Assembly (NCBI GenBank): GCA_963720755.1
Contig: CAVRGP010000015.1
Coordinates: forward strand, 352,001 to 416,000
Source of the DNA: an uncultured Chloroflexia bacterium
GTDB lineage: Bacteria > Chloroflexota > Limnocylindria > Limnocylindrales > CSP1-4
Reading direction: 5' to 3'
Length of the DNA stretch: 64,000 bases
Below, piece by piece: positions 1 through 9,037 of this stretch. Position 1 is the stretch's first letter. Each line of letters opens with the position of its first letter. A program made the position numbers and the translations under genes. Under the pieces are notes generated by a model, which saw only the letters and a program-made list of their open reading frames with translations, searched no databases and was not told the origin of the DNA.

Positions 1-243
1 GCATTCGAAGGCCGCGTCCTGCCCACCAGCCTCGGTCTGCTCGGCCGTCGGCGCGGCCGGCTCAGCTGCGGTCGGCGCGGCCGGCGTCGGATCCACTGCA
101 GGGTTGGACGTCGCCGTCGATGCGGCGTCCGCCGTTGTGGCGGCTCCGCCGCCGCAGGCGCTGATCGAGATGACGACGGCCAGAGCCAGCGCGGCTGCCC
201 CGGGACGATGGCTCCCTGATCCTGCTGGCGCGTACCACGACAT
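1..243 (-). CDS. Putative lipoprotein, runs off the window's left edge (not in ORF track)
   Basis: ATG at 243 with GGAGGTGA RBS. Manual translation MSWYAPAGSGSHRPGAAALALAVVISISAC-GGGAATT...: hydrophobic signal, lipobox ISA-C, then Pro/Ala/Thr linker (PAAPTA x2). Confidence 0.75.
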   Translation of the reverse strand, partial: MSWYAPAGSGSHRPGAAALALAVVISISACGGGAATTADAASTATSNPAVDPTPAAPTAAEPAAPTAEQTEAGGQDAAFEC

Positions 244-289
244 GATCTCACCTCCCCGATTTACCGTAGCCGGGGGCGTCAACCCCGCC

Positions 290-315
290 AAGGACGCTGA
301 CTAGCCAGCGTCCTT
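290..315. terminator. Perfect 10-bp hairpin over the rarA stop codon, possible terminator without U-tract
   Basis: AAGGACGCTG-actagc-CAGCGTCCTT. Confidence 0.4.
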
Positions 316-1791
316 CTTCTGCGTCTCGGATAGCCGCCGCCGTTGCTCCATGCTGGCCTTCATGCCGTCGCCCATCGAAGCCATCGGGTGGTTCGCGCGT
401 TGCTTGCGCTTCGGCCGTTCCGCACGGGCATGGGCGCGAGCCTCCATCCGTGCGGCGATGGTTGCCTCGTATCCCTGATCGCCGGGGACGTAGTAGCGCT
501 GGCTGACCAGCTCGTCGGGGAGGTACTGCTGCGCGATGTCGTCGCCCTCGAAGTCGTGCGGGAACTTGTACCCGACGCCGATGCCGTGCGCCTTCATCCT
601 CCGGTCGCCCGCACTGCGCAAGTGGTTCGGCACGGGGAGGGATCCCTGCTTCAGGACGTCCGCCATCGCGGCGCCGTACGCTCGGCCGACCGAGTCGGAC
701 TTCGGGGCGGACGAGACATAGACGGTCGCCTGCGCGAGCGCGTATTGAGCCTCTGGGAGTCCGATCCAGTCGAGCGCCTGACCGGCCGCGACCGCGACCG
801 AGAGCGCCCTCGGGTCGGCGTTCCCGACATCCTCGGAGGCGCTGATGATCAGGCGGCGGGCGATGAACTTCGGATCCTCGCCGGCAGCGATCATCGCCGC
901 CAGCCAGTACAGCGCGGCATCCGGATCGTTGCCGCGAAGGCTCTTGATGAATGCGGAGACGGTGTCGTAGTGCCCGTCCCCGGCGCGGTCATAGGCGAGG
1001 ACCCGTTGCTGGGCGGCCGCCTCGACGTCCTCGAGGCGGGGGGTCACCTGGCCTGAAGCATCCCGAACCCCCTCATCCTCGGCCAGGGCCGTCGCGCCCT
1101 CGAGGACGTTCAGGGCGGATCGGGCGTCGCCACCGGCGAGAGAGACGAGGTGGTCGAAGGCTGCCTCTGACAGGGCCACGCCACCGGCAGGACCGAGCGG
1201 CCCGGCGAGTCCCTGTTCGGGGTCCGCGAGCGTTCGACGGACGACCGCCGCGACTTCGTCATCGGTGAGCGCCTCGAGCCGCCACACGCGCATCCGGGAG
1301 AGGAGCGCGGCATTGACCTCGAAGTATGGATTCTCTGTCGTGGCGCCGATGAGCGTGATCGTGCCGTCCTCGACGTGCGGAAGGAGCGCATCCTGCTGGG
1401 CCTTGTTGAAGCGGTGGATCTCGTCGAGGAAGAGGACGCTGCGGACGCCGTGCAGGTCCAGGCGTTCCTGGGCCTCGGCGATCGTGGCCCGGACTTCGGC
1501 GACCCCGGACATGACCGCCGACAGGGTGGTGAAGTGGGCTCCGACCTCGGTGGCCAGCAGTCGGGCGAGGCTCGTCTTGCCCGTCCCCGGCGGACCCCAC
1601 AGGAGGAGTGATGCGAGGTGGCCGCGGGCCAGGCTTCGACGAAGCGGCCCGCGATCGCCGACCAGGTGCGTCTGGCCGACGAATTCGTCGAGGGTCCGGG
1701 GTCGCATCCGGGCCGCCAGCGGTTGTCGCTCCGGCGGCGGCTTGAAGAGGGCTTCGGGACGGGCTCCGGTCGGTCGCCGGGCGGATGGCAT
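301..1791 (-). CDS. rarA: Replication-associated recombination protein A (MgsA/RarA AAA+ ATPase)
   Basis: [59 protein letters not shown]. Start 1791 (6 nt after TACCAT) or 1794. Confidence 0.96.
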   Translation of the reverse strand: MPSARRPTGARPEALFKPPPERQPLAARMRPRTLDEFVGQTHLVGDRGPLRRSLARGHLASLLLWGPPGTGKTSLARLLATEVGAHFTTLSAVMSGVAEVRATIAEAQERLDLHGVRSVLFLDEIHRFNKAQQDALLPHVEDGTITLIGATTENPYFEVNAALLSRMRVWRLEALTDDEVAAVVRRTLADPEQGLAGPLGPAGGVALSEAAFDHLVSLAGGDARSALNVLEGATALAEDEGVRDASGQVTPRLEDVEAAAQQRVLAYDRAGDGHYDTVSAFIKSLRGNDPDAALYWLAAMIAAGEDPKFIARRLIISASEDVGNADPRALSVAVAAGQALDWIGLPEAQYALAQATVYVSSAPKSDSVGRAYGAAMADVLKQGSLPVPNHLRSAGDRRMKAHGIGVGYKFPHDFEGDDIAQQYLPDELVSQRYYVPGDQGYEATIAARMEARAHARAERPKRKQRANHPMASMGDGMKASMEQRRRLSETQKKDAG

Positions 1792-1815
1792 CATCCGATG
1801 GTAGCGACCGATCGA

Positions 1816-2208
1816 TCAGATGGCGATGGGCCCGACGAGCTGCAGGATCACCCACAGGCCGGCCAGGATCGCAAAGAGCGATCCACCGACGATGGCGATG
1901 CGCCGGACATCCCGAGCAACGTAGGCGTATTCATCGGCCGCCGCCACTTCGAGGCTCGAGGTCGCGCGCGGGGTCGGGGTCGAGCGGGCGGCCGAGCGGG
2001 TCCGGCGGTCCTGTTCCTCTGCCTGGCGTTCATCGGCGACGATCGACGCCTCGAGCTCGGCAGCGCGTGCTTCTTCCTGCGGCGTCAGGCCGGTCGGGCG
2101 GGCCTCCGGTGGCGTCGCGGCCACGGCTCTGGCCGGGCGCGCGGGACGACGCTGGAGCGGCGGACGCTGTCCGGGTCGGGACGTCGTGCCCCGGGATCGC
2201 TTGGCCAT
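1816..2208 (-). CDS. Hypothetical protein, basic N-terminus, C-terminal membrane anchor
   Basis: ATG at 2208 (MAKRSRG...) after GGAGG; ends EYAYVARDVRRI plus a TM helix. Confidence 0.7.
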   Translation of the reverse strand: MAKRSRGTTSRPGQRPPLQRRPARPARAVAATPPEARPTGLTPQEEARAAELEASIVADERQAEEQDRRTRSAARSTPTPRATSSLEVAAADEYAYVARDVRRIAIVGGSLFAILAGLWVILQLVGPIAI

Positions 2209-2396
2209 GGTCTGGGGAGGGCCTCCGTAGTGGATCGGGTGGGTCCCGCGACGGGCGAGTCGGCTCGGCCGCGTCGGGTCACCGACGGCAGAGGATAGCA
2301 TCCCGCCCGGTGCGGTCGTGAAAAGTCGGCCCTGCTAGACTCTGGCCCGCTCCCGCCACGGCCCCGGAGGAAACGGCGATCGACGTCGATACGCTC

Positions 2397-2870
2397 ATGC
2401 GATCCGATACCGGCCCGATCGTCGTCGCCCTGACGATCGCGGTCATCATCCTCCTGGTCGCGGTCGGGCTGATGGCTCGCCGTCTCCGGAAGGTCGAGAC
2501 CCGGCTCACCGGTCTGACCCGCGGATCGGATGGGGACAGCCTGGAGGCCGTCCTCGAAGCCCATCTCGACAAGGTCTACGCTGTCGCCCGCGAGCTCGAT
2601 GAGGTCGCCGCACGGACCGCGATCCTGGAGGGTGCCCAGCGCCGGTCCTTCCAGCGCGTCGGACTGGTTCGCTACAACCCGTTCGAGGAGACGGGCGGCA
2701 ACCAGAGCTTTGCCCTGGCGTTGCTCGATGCGGCCGGGGATGGCTGGGTCCTGTCTTCCCTGCACGCCCGGTCGGGCACGCGGGTCTATGCAAAGGCGAT
2801 CCAGGCGGGTCGCGCCGACGCTGGCGTCTCCGATGAGGAAGCCGCCGCGATCAGACAGGCGATGGCCTGA
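2397..2870 (+). CDS. DUF4446-family membrane-anchored protein
   Basis: N-terminal TM, coiled coil, VGLVRYNPF..GGNQSFALALLD..G.V.SSLH.R..TRVYAK. True start may be ATC 2379. Confidence 0.85.
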   Translation: MRSDTGPIVVALTIAVIILLVAVGLMARRLRKVETRLTGLTRGSDGDSLEAVLEAHLDKVYAVARELDEVAARTAILEGAQRRSFQRVGLVRYNPFEETGGNQSFALALLDAAGDGWVLSSLHARSGTRVYAKAIQAGRADAGVSDEEAAAIRQAMA

Positions 2871-2907
2871 CAGGCTAGCTGTCACGGCCGGTGGCGACGC
2901 TGCGCAC

Positions 2908-5900
2908 ATGGCCCCCACGAAACCCACCGAAGGCGCCCTGCTCGATCCCCGCCCCCGGGTGCGACGCCGACGCGAGCCCCGACAACTCGACCAGATCCCG
3001 GCCTGGAGCGAATACGTCCCGGTCATGGACCTGCCAGCCGGCGGCGATCTGCCGGCCGGGCTGGATGGACTGCTCGGCGGGCTCGACCCGGATCAGCGCC
3101 GGGCGGTCACCCACGGCGACGGCCCATTACTGGTGGTGGCCGGTGCCGGGACCGGCAAGACCCAGGTCATCACCCGGCGGATCGCCTGGCTCATCGCCAC
3201 TCGGCGAGCGAAGCCGTCGGAGATCCTGGCCCTGACCTTCACGGACAAGGCCGCCGCGGAGATGGCGGTCCGGGTGGACCAGCTGGTCCCGTATGGCTAT
3301 ACGGACACGGCGATCTCCACGTTCCACGCCTTCGGCGATCGTCTCATCCGCGAGTACGCGCTCGAACTTGGGCTGCCGACCGATGTTCGGGTCCTGACCC
3401 GGGCGGAAGTCGTCATCTTTCTGCGCGAGCACCTGTTCGAGTTCGACCTCGACGCCTACCGGCCGCTCGGCGACCCAACGAGGTTCTTGTCAGCCCTCGC
3501 GACGCTGTTCAGCCGGTGCAAGGATGAGGACATCTCGCCAGCGGACTATCTCGCTCACGCAGATCGTGTGGCGAGCGAGGCGCGTACCCTGGCGGCGACC
3601 GTTGGCGGCGATCCGGCCGACGCGTCGGAGGCGCCACCGGACGTCGTCGAAGCCGCCGCGGAGAACGCCCGGCAACAGTCCGAACTCGCTCGCGCGTTCG
3701 CGACCTACGAGAGGCTCCTGGCCGCCAATGGCTGCATCGATTTCGGTGACCAGGTCTCGCTCGCGCTACGCTTGGTCCGGACCTCCGCGGCTGCGCGCGC
3801 CGAGATCGCCGGGCGGTTCCGCTACCTCCTGGTCGATGAGTTCCAGGACACCAACCGCGCGCAGGCGGACTTCGTCTCGATCCTGGCCGACGGACATCGG
3901 AACGTCACGGTCGTCGGGGACGACGACCAGGCGATCTACGCGTTCCGGGGCGCGGCGGTCGACAACATCCTGGCCTTCCAGGACCGCTATCCCGGGGCGC
4001 GCACGGTGGTCCTTCGTCGCAACTATCGGTCCCTGGCGCCGGTCCTGGACGCCGCCTACCGGCTGATCCGGTTCAACGACCCGGCGCGCCTCGAGGCCCG
4101 GATCGGGATCGACAAGCGACTGCGCCCGCAGCGTGTCTCGCCGACATCGCCCCCGGTCCGGCTGGAGGTCCATGCCTCGGGCGGAGACGAGGCCGACTGG
4201 ATCGCCGCGGAGATCGGTCGTCGCGTCGAGGCAGGCGCGGCGCCCCGTGACCACGCGATCCTCGTGCGGGCCAACGGCCATGCCGACCCGATCCTGCGGG
4301 CTCTCAACATGGCCGGGATCCCGTGGCGCTTCTCGGGGACCTCCGGTCTGTATGCACGACCGGAGGTGCGATCGCTCCTCGCATTCCTGCGCGTCGTTGC
4401 CGATCTGGAATCGAGCGCGGACCTGTATGCCCTGTGCACGTCCGATGTCTACGGCCTCGGCGGACCGGACCTGACCGTGATCGTAAACCTCGCCAGGCGT
4501 CGCAACCGCTCGATCTGGACGGTCCTGGAGGAGGCCGACCGGCAGCCCGACCTGTTGCGGATCGGGGCGGAGACTCGAGCGTCGGTGCACCGGATCGTGG
4601 CGGACCTCCGTGCGTACGCCGAGGCGGCGCACCAGCAGCCGGCTGGGGTCGTCCTCTACCGGTTTCTGCGTGAAAGCGGCATGCTCGCCGCGCTCGCCGA
4701 GTCGGACACTCCGGCCGCCGAGGAACGCCTCCAGAATATCGCCCGGTTCTTCGAGATCGTCCGCGGCCAGTCCGCCCTGCTCGCCGACGACCGGGCGATC
4801 TTCGTCGCGCAGCATCTGGCCACCCTGATCGAGGCTGGCGACGATCCGGCCACCGCAGAGCTCGATCCGGATGCCGACGCGGTCGCGGTGCTGACCATCC
4901 ACAAAGCCAAGGGCCTGGAATTCCCCGTCGTCTTCCTCCCCGGCCTCGTCACCGGCCAATTCCCGGCGAGCGGGCGGGCGGAGCCGTTGAGCTTGCCCGC
5001 CGATATCGGTCGCGCCGCGTCGACCGTGGGCGGCGATCCGCTGGCGGAGGAGCGGCGGCTGTGCTACGTGGCGATGACCCGGGCTCGGGACGAGCTGATC
5101 CTGTCGCATGCCGTGGACTACGGCGGGTCGAGGGCGAGACGCATCTCGCCGTTCGCCCTCGAGGCGCTCGACCTCCCGGTCGACGCGGCGACGTCAGGTG
5201 TGCCGACTCGTTCGTCGACGCCGCGCGATCGGCTCGCGACGTTCGCGGCGGTCGTCGCGCCCGAACCGGTCGCGGCCGGACCGATCACCGAACCGCTGTC
5301 CCTGAGCTATTACCAGATCGACGACTATCTGACGTGCCCGTTGAAGTACAAGTACGCGCACGTCCTCCGGGTGCCTCTCGCCCCACACCATGCGATCGTC
5401 TATGGAGCAGCCCTGCACAAGGCCGTCCAGCTGTTCCACCAGCGCCACGCCAAGGGACAGGTCATGAGTGCCACGGAATTGGAGGAGGCGTTCGAATCGG
5501 CATGGTCGAGCGAAGGCTTCCTCAGCCGGGAACACGAGGACGCCAGGCGAGACGCCGGGCGGATGGCGCTTCGCCGCTTCCGCGAGGCGCAGCTCCAACC
5601 GGAAGCCGTCATCCCGACCTACGTCGAGCGCGAATTCAGCTTCATGCTCGATGGGGATCGGGTCCGGGGCCGCTGGGATCGAGTCGATATCGTCCCGGTC
5701 GACGGCCGCCGGGCTGTCGAGTCGCCGGTGGTCGCGTCGGTCCCCGGCGGTCAGACGCCGGATGTCGTGTCGCCGACCCTGGGCATCCTGGGCCCTGAGC
5801 GGGTCACCATCACCGACTACAAGTCGTCCGATGTCCGGGATCAGGCCAAGGCTCGGTCACGCGCCCGCGAGTCGCTCCAGCTCCAGATCTACGCCATGGG

Positions 5901-6129
5901 TTTCGAGGCGATGACCGGCCGGCCGCCCGATGCCGTCGCCCTCCACTTCCTCGGATCGGGGCTGGTCGCGGAGGTACCGGTGGACCCGAAGCGACAGGCG
6001 AGGGCACGCGCCAGGATGTCGGTCGCTGCCGCAGGGATCCGGGCCCGCGACTACACCCCGAGACCGGACTACCTTGCCTGCTCCTACTGCGCCTATCGGG
6101 AGATCTGCCCGGCGCGGGGTGCACGCTGA
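2908..6129 (+). CDS. UvrD/PcrA-family SF1 helicase fused to C-terminal PD-(D/E)xK nuclease (AdnB/AddA-like)
   Basis: VAGAGTGKT, LALTFT, LVDEFQD, VGDDDQAIYAFRG, NYRS, TIHKAKGLEF, EERRLCYVAMTRA; nuclease GRWDRVD..DYKS..QLQIY; Cys YLTCP and CSYCAYREIC. Start 2908 or 3025. Confidence 0.92.
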   Translation: MAPTKPTEGALLDPRPRVRRRREPRQLDQIPAWSEYVPVMDLPAGGDLPAGLDGLLGGLDPDQRRAVTHGDGPLLVVAGAGTGKTQVITRRIAWLIATRRAKPSEILALTFTDKAAAEMAVRVDQLVPYGYTDTAISTFHAFGDRLIREYALELGLPTDVRVLTRAEVVIFLREHLFEFDLDAYRPLGDPTRFLSALATLFSRCKDEDISPADYLAHADRVASEARTLAATVGGDPADASEAPPDVVEAAAENARQQSELARAFATYERLLAANGCIDFGDQVSLALRLVRTSAAARAEIAGRFRYLLVDEFQDTNRAQADFVSILADGHRNVTVVGDDDQAIYAFRGAAVDNILAFQDRYPGARTVVLRRNYRSLAPVLDAAYRLIRFNDPARLEARIGIDKRLRPQRVSPTSPPVRLEVHASGGDEADWIAAEIGRRVEAGAAPRDHAILVRANGHADPILRALNMAGIPWRFSGTSGLYARPEVRSLLAFLRVVADLESSADLYALCTSDVYGLGGPDLTVIVNLARRRNRSIWTVLEEADRQPDLLRIGAETRASVHRIVADLRAYAEAAHQQPAGVVLYRFLRESGMLAALAESDTPAAEERLQNIARFFEIVRGQSALLADDRAIFVAQHLATLIEAGDDPATAELDPDADAVAVLTIHKAKGLEFPVVFLPGLVTGQFPASGRAEPLSLPADIGRAASTVGGDPLAEERRLCYVAMTRARDELILSHAVDYGGSRARRISPFALEALDLPVDAATSGVPTRSSTPRDRLATFAAVVAPEPVAAGPITEPLSLSYYQIDDYLTCPLKYKYAHVLRVPLAPHHAIVYGAALHKAVQLFHQRHAKGQVMSATELEEAFESAWSSEGFLSREHEDARRDAGRMALRRFREAQLQPEAVIPTYVEREFSFMLDGDRVRGRWDRVDIVPVDGRRAVESPVVASVPGGQTPDVVSPTLGILGPERVTITDYKSSDVRDQAKARSRARESLQLQIYAMGFEAMTGRPPDAVALHFLGSGLVAEVPVDPKRQARARARMSVAAAGIRARDYTPRPDYLACSYCAYREICPARGAR

Positions 6130-6183
6130 CGCCACCCGTGCCCGACACGACGGCCGACCGGCCCGAGGCCCTAGACTCGGTCG

Positions 6184-6558
6184 ATGGACGCCCGAGACCG
6201 GACCGCAAACCTGGCTTTTCTGGCAGCTGCGGTCATCGCCTGGATCGTCGTCGCCTGGGTGGTCACCACGCGTGATCCGATCAGCGATCGGAGTGCCGGG
6301 GTCATCGGCGCCCTGTCGATCGGGCTGGCCGTCACGTTGACACTGACCCCGCTCCTGTGGCTGACCGTGTTCGGGCGGCATCGCCGGATCGCGTATCGAG
6401 GCGATTGGGCCCGGGCCATCCGGCGGTCGGCCTGGGTCGGGATCGTTGTGGCCGTGATGATCGTGCTGCGGATCCAGGGCCTGTTGGAGGTGCCGATCGC
6501 CTTGTTCATGATCGCGCTCGTGATCGTCGCAGAGGCGACCCTGTCCGCCGAGCGCTGA
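6184..6558 (+). CDS. Hypothetical 4-TM membrane protein
   Basis: Four hydrophobic segments; TAGACT 6 nt before ATG. Confidence 0.8.
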   Translation: MDARDRTANLAFLAAAVIAWIVVAWVVTTRDPISDRSAGVIGALSIGLAVTLTLTPLLWLTVFGRHRRIAYRGDWARAIRRSAWVGIVVAVMIVLRIQGLLEVPIALFMIALVIVAEATLSAER

Positions 6559-6618
6559 TTCGTCGATCGACCGAACCGCTAGGCTGGCGGGGACCACGCC
6601 GCAGCCCCAGGAGTCCAC

Positions 6619-7821
6619 GTGACAGCGCTGACCACCATCCGCCCCGCCGCTCCGTTCGCCGACACGAAGATGCGCGTCGCGGAAGCGGTCGAGGCCGCCC
6701 GTGGCGAGATCCTGGACCTGTCCCACCAGATCCACGCGGACCCGGAGCCCGCGTTCGAGGAACACCGCGCGGCGGCCCGGATCGCCGAGGTCCTGCGCCG
6801 GCACGGGTATGCGGTGGAGCATCCGGCGGGCAGTCTTGCCACGGCCATCCGGGCAGTTCGTCGCGGGTCGGCCGGCGAAGGTCCCCGGATCGGGATCCTG
6901 GCTGAGTACGACGCACTTCCCGGTCTTGGCCATGGCTGCGGTCACAACACGATGGCTGCGTCGGGCGTCGGTGCCGCGATCGCGCTCGGGTCGATCGCGG
7001 ACGCACTGGCCGGCGAGATCGTGTTCCTGGGCACGCCCGCCGAGGAATACGGCAGTGGCAAGCAGATCATGATCGACGACGGCCTGTTCGAGGGGCTCGA
7101 TGCCGCCTTGCTCTACCACCCGTGCGACCGCTCGCATATCGAGTCGCATCCGCTAGCGTCCGAGGACGTGGAGGTCGTGTACCACGGGCTCCAGTCGCAC
7201 GCATCTGCCGATCCCTGGATGGGCAAGAACGCGCTCGATGCGCTCGTCCTTCTGTTCTCGTCGGTCGGGCTGTGGCGCCAGCAACTCAGGCCCACGTCCC
7301 GGGTGCACGGCATCATCCGCGACGGTGGAACCGCCGCCAACATCATCCCGGACCGGGCGGCTGCCTGGTTCATGATCCGCAGCGAGGACGAGGCGGACTA
7401 TGAACTGATGCGCGACCGGTTCCGTCGACTGTGCGAGGCGGCCGCCCTCGCCACGGACACGACCGTCGAGGTGGAGTTCTCCGGCCGCGCCCGGACCATG
7501 CGCAACAACGCCATCCTGGCCGATCGCTTCCGGGCGAACATGGCGGCGTACGGGATCGAGGACATGGGCGATGATCCGAACGCCGGCTCGACGGACATGG
7601 CCAACGTGAGCTGGGTCTGCCCGACCATCCATCCGGATCTCGCGATCGCTCCCGAAGGAACGCCCGGTCATTCGATCCTCTTCCGGGACGCGGCCGTGAC
7701 GCCCATGGCGGACGAGACGACCCTCCTGGCCGCGACGCTCGTCGCACAGACCGCCGTCGATCTCATGTCGGACCCCGATCTGGTCGAGGCGGCGTGGACG
7801 GCATTCCGCGGGCCGGCCTGA
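6619..7821 (+). CDS. M20 family amidohydrolase (M20D/Acy1L2-like)
   Basis: HADPEPAFEE, AEYDALPGLGHGCGHN, GTPAEE, GSTDMANVS; AGGAG RBS. Confidence 0.92.
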   Translation: MTALTTIRPAAPFADTKMRVAEAVEAARGEILDLSHQIHADPEPAFEEHRAAARIAEVLRRHGYAVEHPAGSLATAIRAVRRGSAGEGPRIGILAEYDALPGLGHGCGHNTMAASGVGAAIALGSIADALAGEIVFLGTPAEEYGSGKQIMIDDGLFEGLDAALLYHPCDRSHIESHPLASEDVEVVYHGLQSHASADPWMGKNALDALVLLFSSVGLWRQQLRPTSRVHGIIRDGGTAANIIPDRAAAWFMIRSEDEADYELMRDRFRRLCEAAALATDTTVEVEFSGRARTMRNNAILADRFRANMAAYGIEDMGDDPNAGSTDMANVSWVCPTIHPDLAIAPEGTPGHSILFRDAAVTPMADETTLLAATLVAQTAVDLMSDPDLVEAAWTAFRGPA

Positions 7822-7865
7822 CGAGCTCGGACTCGTTCGTCGCGGCACCGGTGCGGTGCTACCAT

Positions 7866-7969
7866 CGGTCGTGGCGCGTCCCGCTGGACGATGGTTTTCG
7901 AACCGGCGGCGCCCCCAATGAGACGGATCTCGTGCCGCTGTGGACGCCCGCCGCGACCGTCTCGGGAGG
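7866..7969 (+). ncRNA. Candidate cis-regulatory structured leader RNA, class unknown
   Basis: Nested stems, UUCG-capped hairpin and an alternative helix beside the GGGAGG SD; see findings. Confidence 0.4.
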
Positions 7970-7975
7970 CATCCC

Positions 7976-9037
7976 GTGGCTGAACGCCCCAAGGATCCGC
8001 GCATCACGTCCGACCTCGCTCGCCGCAATGGTTGGGACGCCGCGTTCGAGACCTACGACGATTACGACCTGCCGACCTATGTCGGGCCAGCGACCTTCAT
8101 GAATCTGCCGTGGGTGACGGATCCGGTCGAGCTCCGGCGCCGTGGGGTGGATGTGGCCATCATCGGAGCACCCTTCGATGATGCCGTCACCCACCGGCCG
8201 GGAGCACGGTTCGGTCCCCGGGCGATCCGGGAGGCCCAGAACACCTCAGGGTCGATCCATTCCCTCCAGCTCGACGTGCAGCCGTTCGAAGAACTGACCG
8301 TCGTCGACGCGGGCGACGCGAACATCATCCCGTCATGGATCGAGCGGGCGCACGCCATGATCTACCGCAAGGTGCATGAGGTGGCCCAGACGGGCGCCAT
8401 CCCGATCGTCTTCGGCGGCGATCATTCGATCACCTGGCCATCGGCCACGGCGGTCGCGGACATCCGGCGACCGGGGACCATCGGGATCGTCCATTTCGAT
8501 GCCCACGCGGACACGGCCAACGACGCCTGGGGGGTCCTGGCCAGCCACGGTTCGCCGATGCGCCGACTCATCGAGTCGGGGGCGGTGGATGGGCGCAACT
8601 TCGTCCAGGTCGGCCTGCGCGGCTATTGGCCGCCGCCCGAGACGTTCGCCTGGATGCAGGAGCATGGACTGCGCTGGCACCTCATGCGCGAGATCGAGGA
8701 GCGCGGCGCCGAGGCGGTCATCGCCGAGGCCATCGGGCAGGCCCTTGATGGGGCGGACTCGATCTATCTGTCGCTCGACATCGACGTCATCGATCCAGGG
8801 ATGGCCCCGGGGACCGGGACCCCCGAACCGGGTGGCATGCTGCCTCGTGAAGTGCTCCGGGCGATCCGCCAGATCGTCGGTGCCGTCGATCTCGCGGGGA
8901 TGGATATCGTCGAGGTCTCGCCGCCGTATGACCACGCCGAAACGACGGCCGCCGTCGCGAATCGCGCCGCCCTCGAGGCGATCAGCGCATTGGCCGTCCG
9001 CCGCAGAGCCGGTGGCCGAGTGCGCTGGGAGGGCTGA
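7976..9037 (+). CDS. speB: Agmatinase / ureohydrolase-family enzyme
   Basis: RPGARFGPRAIR, GGDHSI, DAHAD, SHG, SLDIDVID, PGTGTPEPGG, DIVEVSP; GTG 7976 after GGGAGG. Exact substrate uncertain. Confidence 0.88.
   Translation: MAERPKDPRITSDLARRNGWDAAFETYDDYDLPTYVGPATFMNLPWVTDPVELRRRGVDVAIIGAPFDDAVTHRPGARFGPRAIREAQNTSGSIHSLQLDVQPFEELTVVDAGDANIIPSWIERAHAMIYRKVHEVAQTGAIPIVFGGDHSITWPSATAVADIRRPGTIGIVHFDAHADTANDAWGVLASHGSPMRRLIESGAVDGRNFVQVGLRGYWPPPETFAWMQEHGLRWHLMREIEERGAEAVIAEAIGQALDGADSIYLSLDIDVIDPGMAPGTGTPEPGGMLPREVLRAIRQIVGAVDLAGMDIVEVSPPYDHAETTAAVANRAALEAISALAVRRRAGGRVRWEG

Noticed and set aside
2530-2907. N-terminal extension of the 1199-aa helicase ORF
   Set aside because: Overlaps the DUF4446 gene in another frame and has low-complexity composition; the real start is 2908 or 3025.
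5290-6129. Cas4-like Fe-S nuclease suggesting CRISPR-Cas
   Set aside because: It is fused to a UvrD motor; no cas genes or repeat-spacer array in the window.
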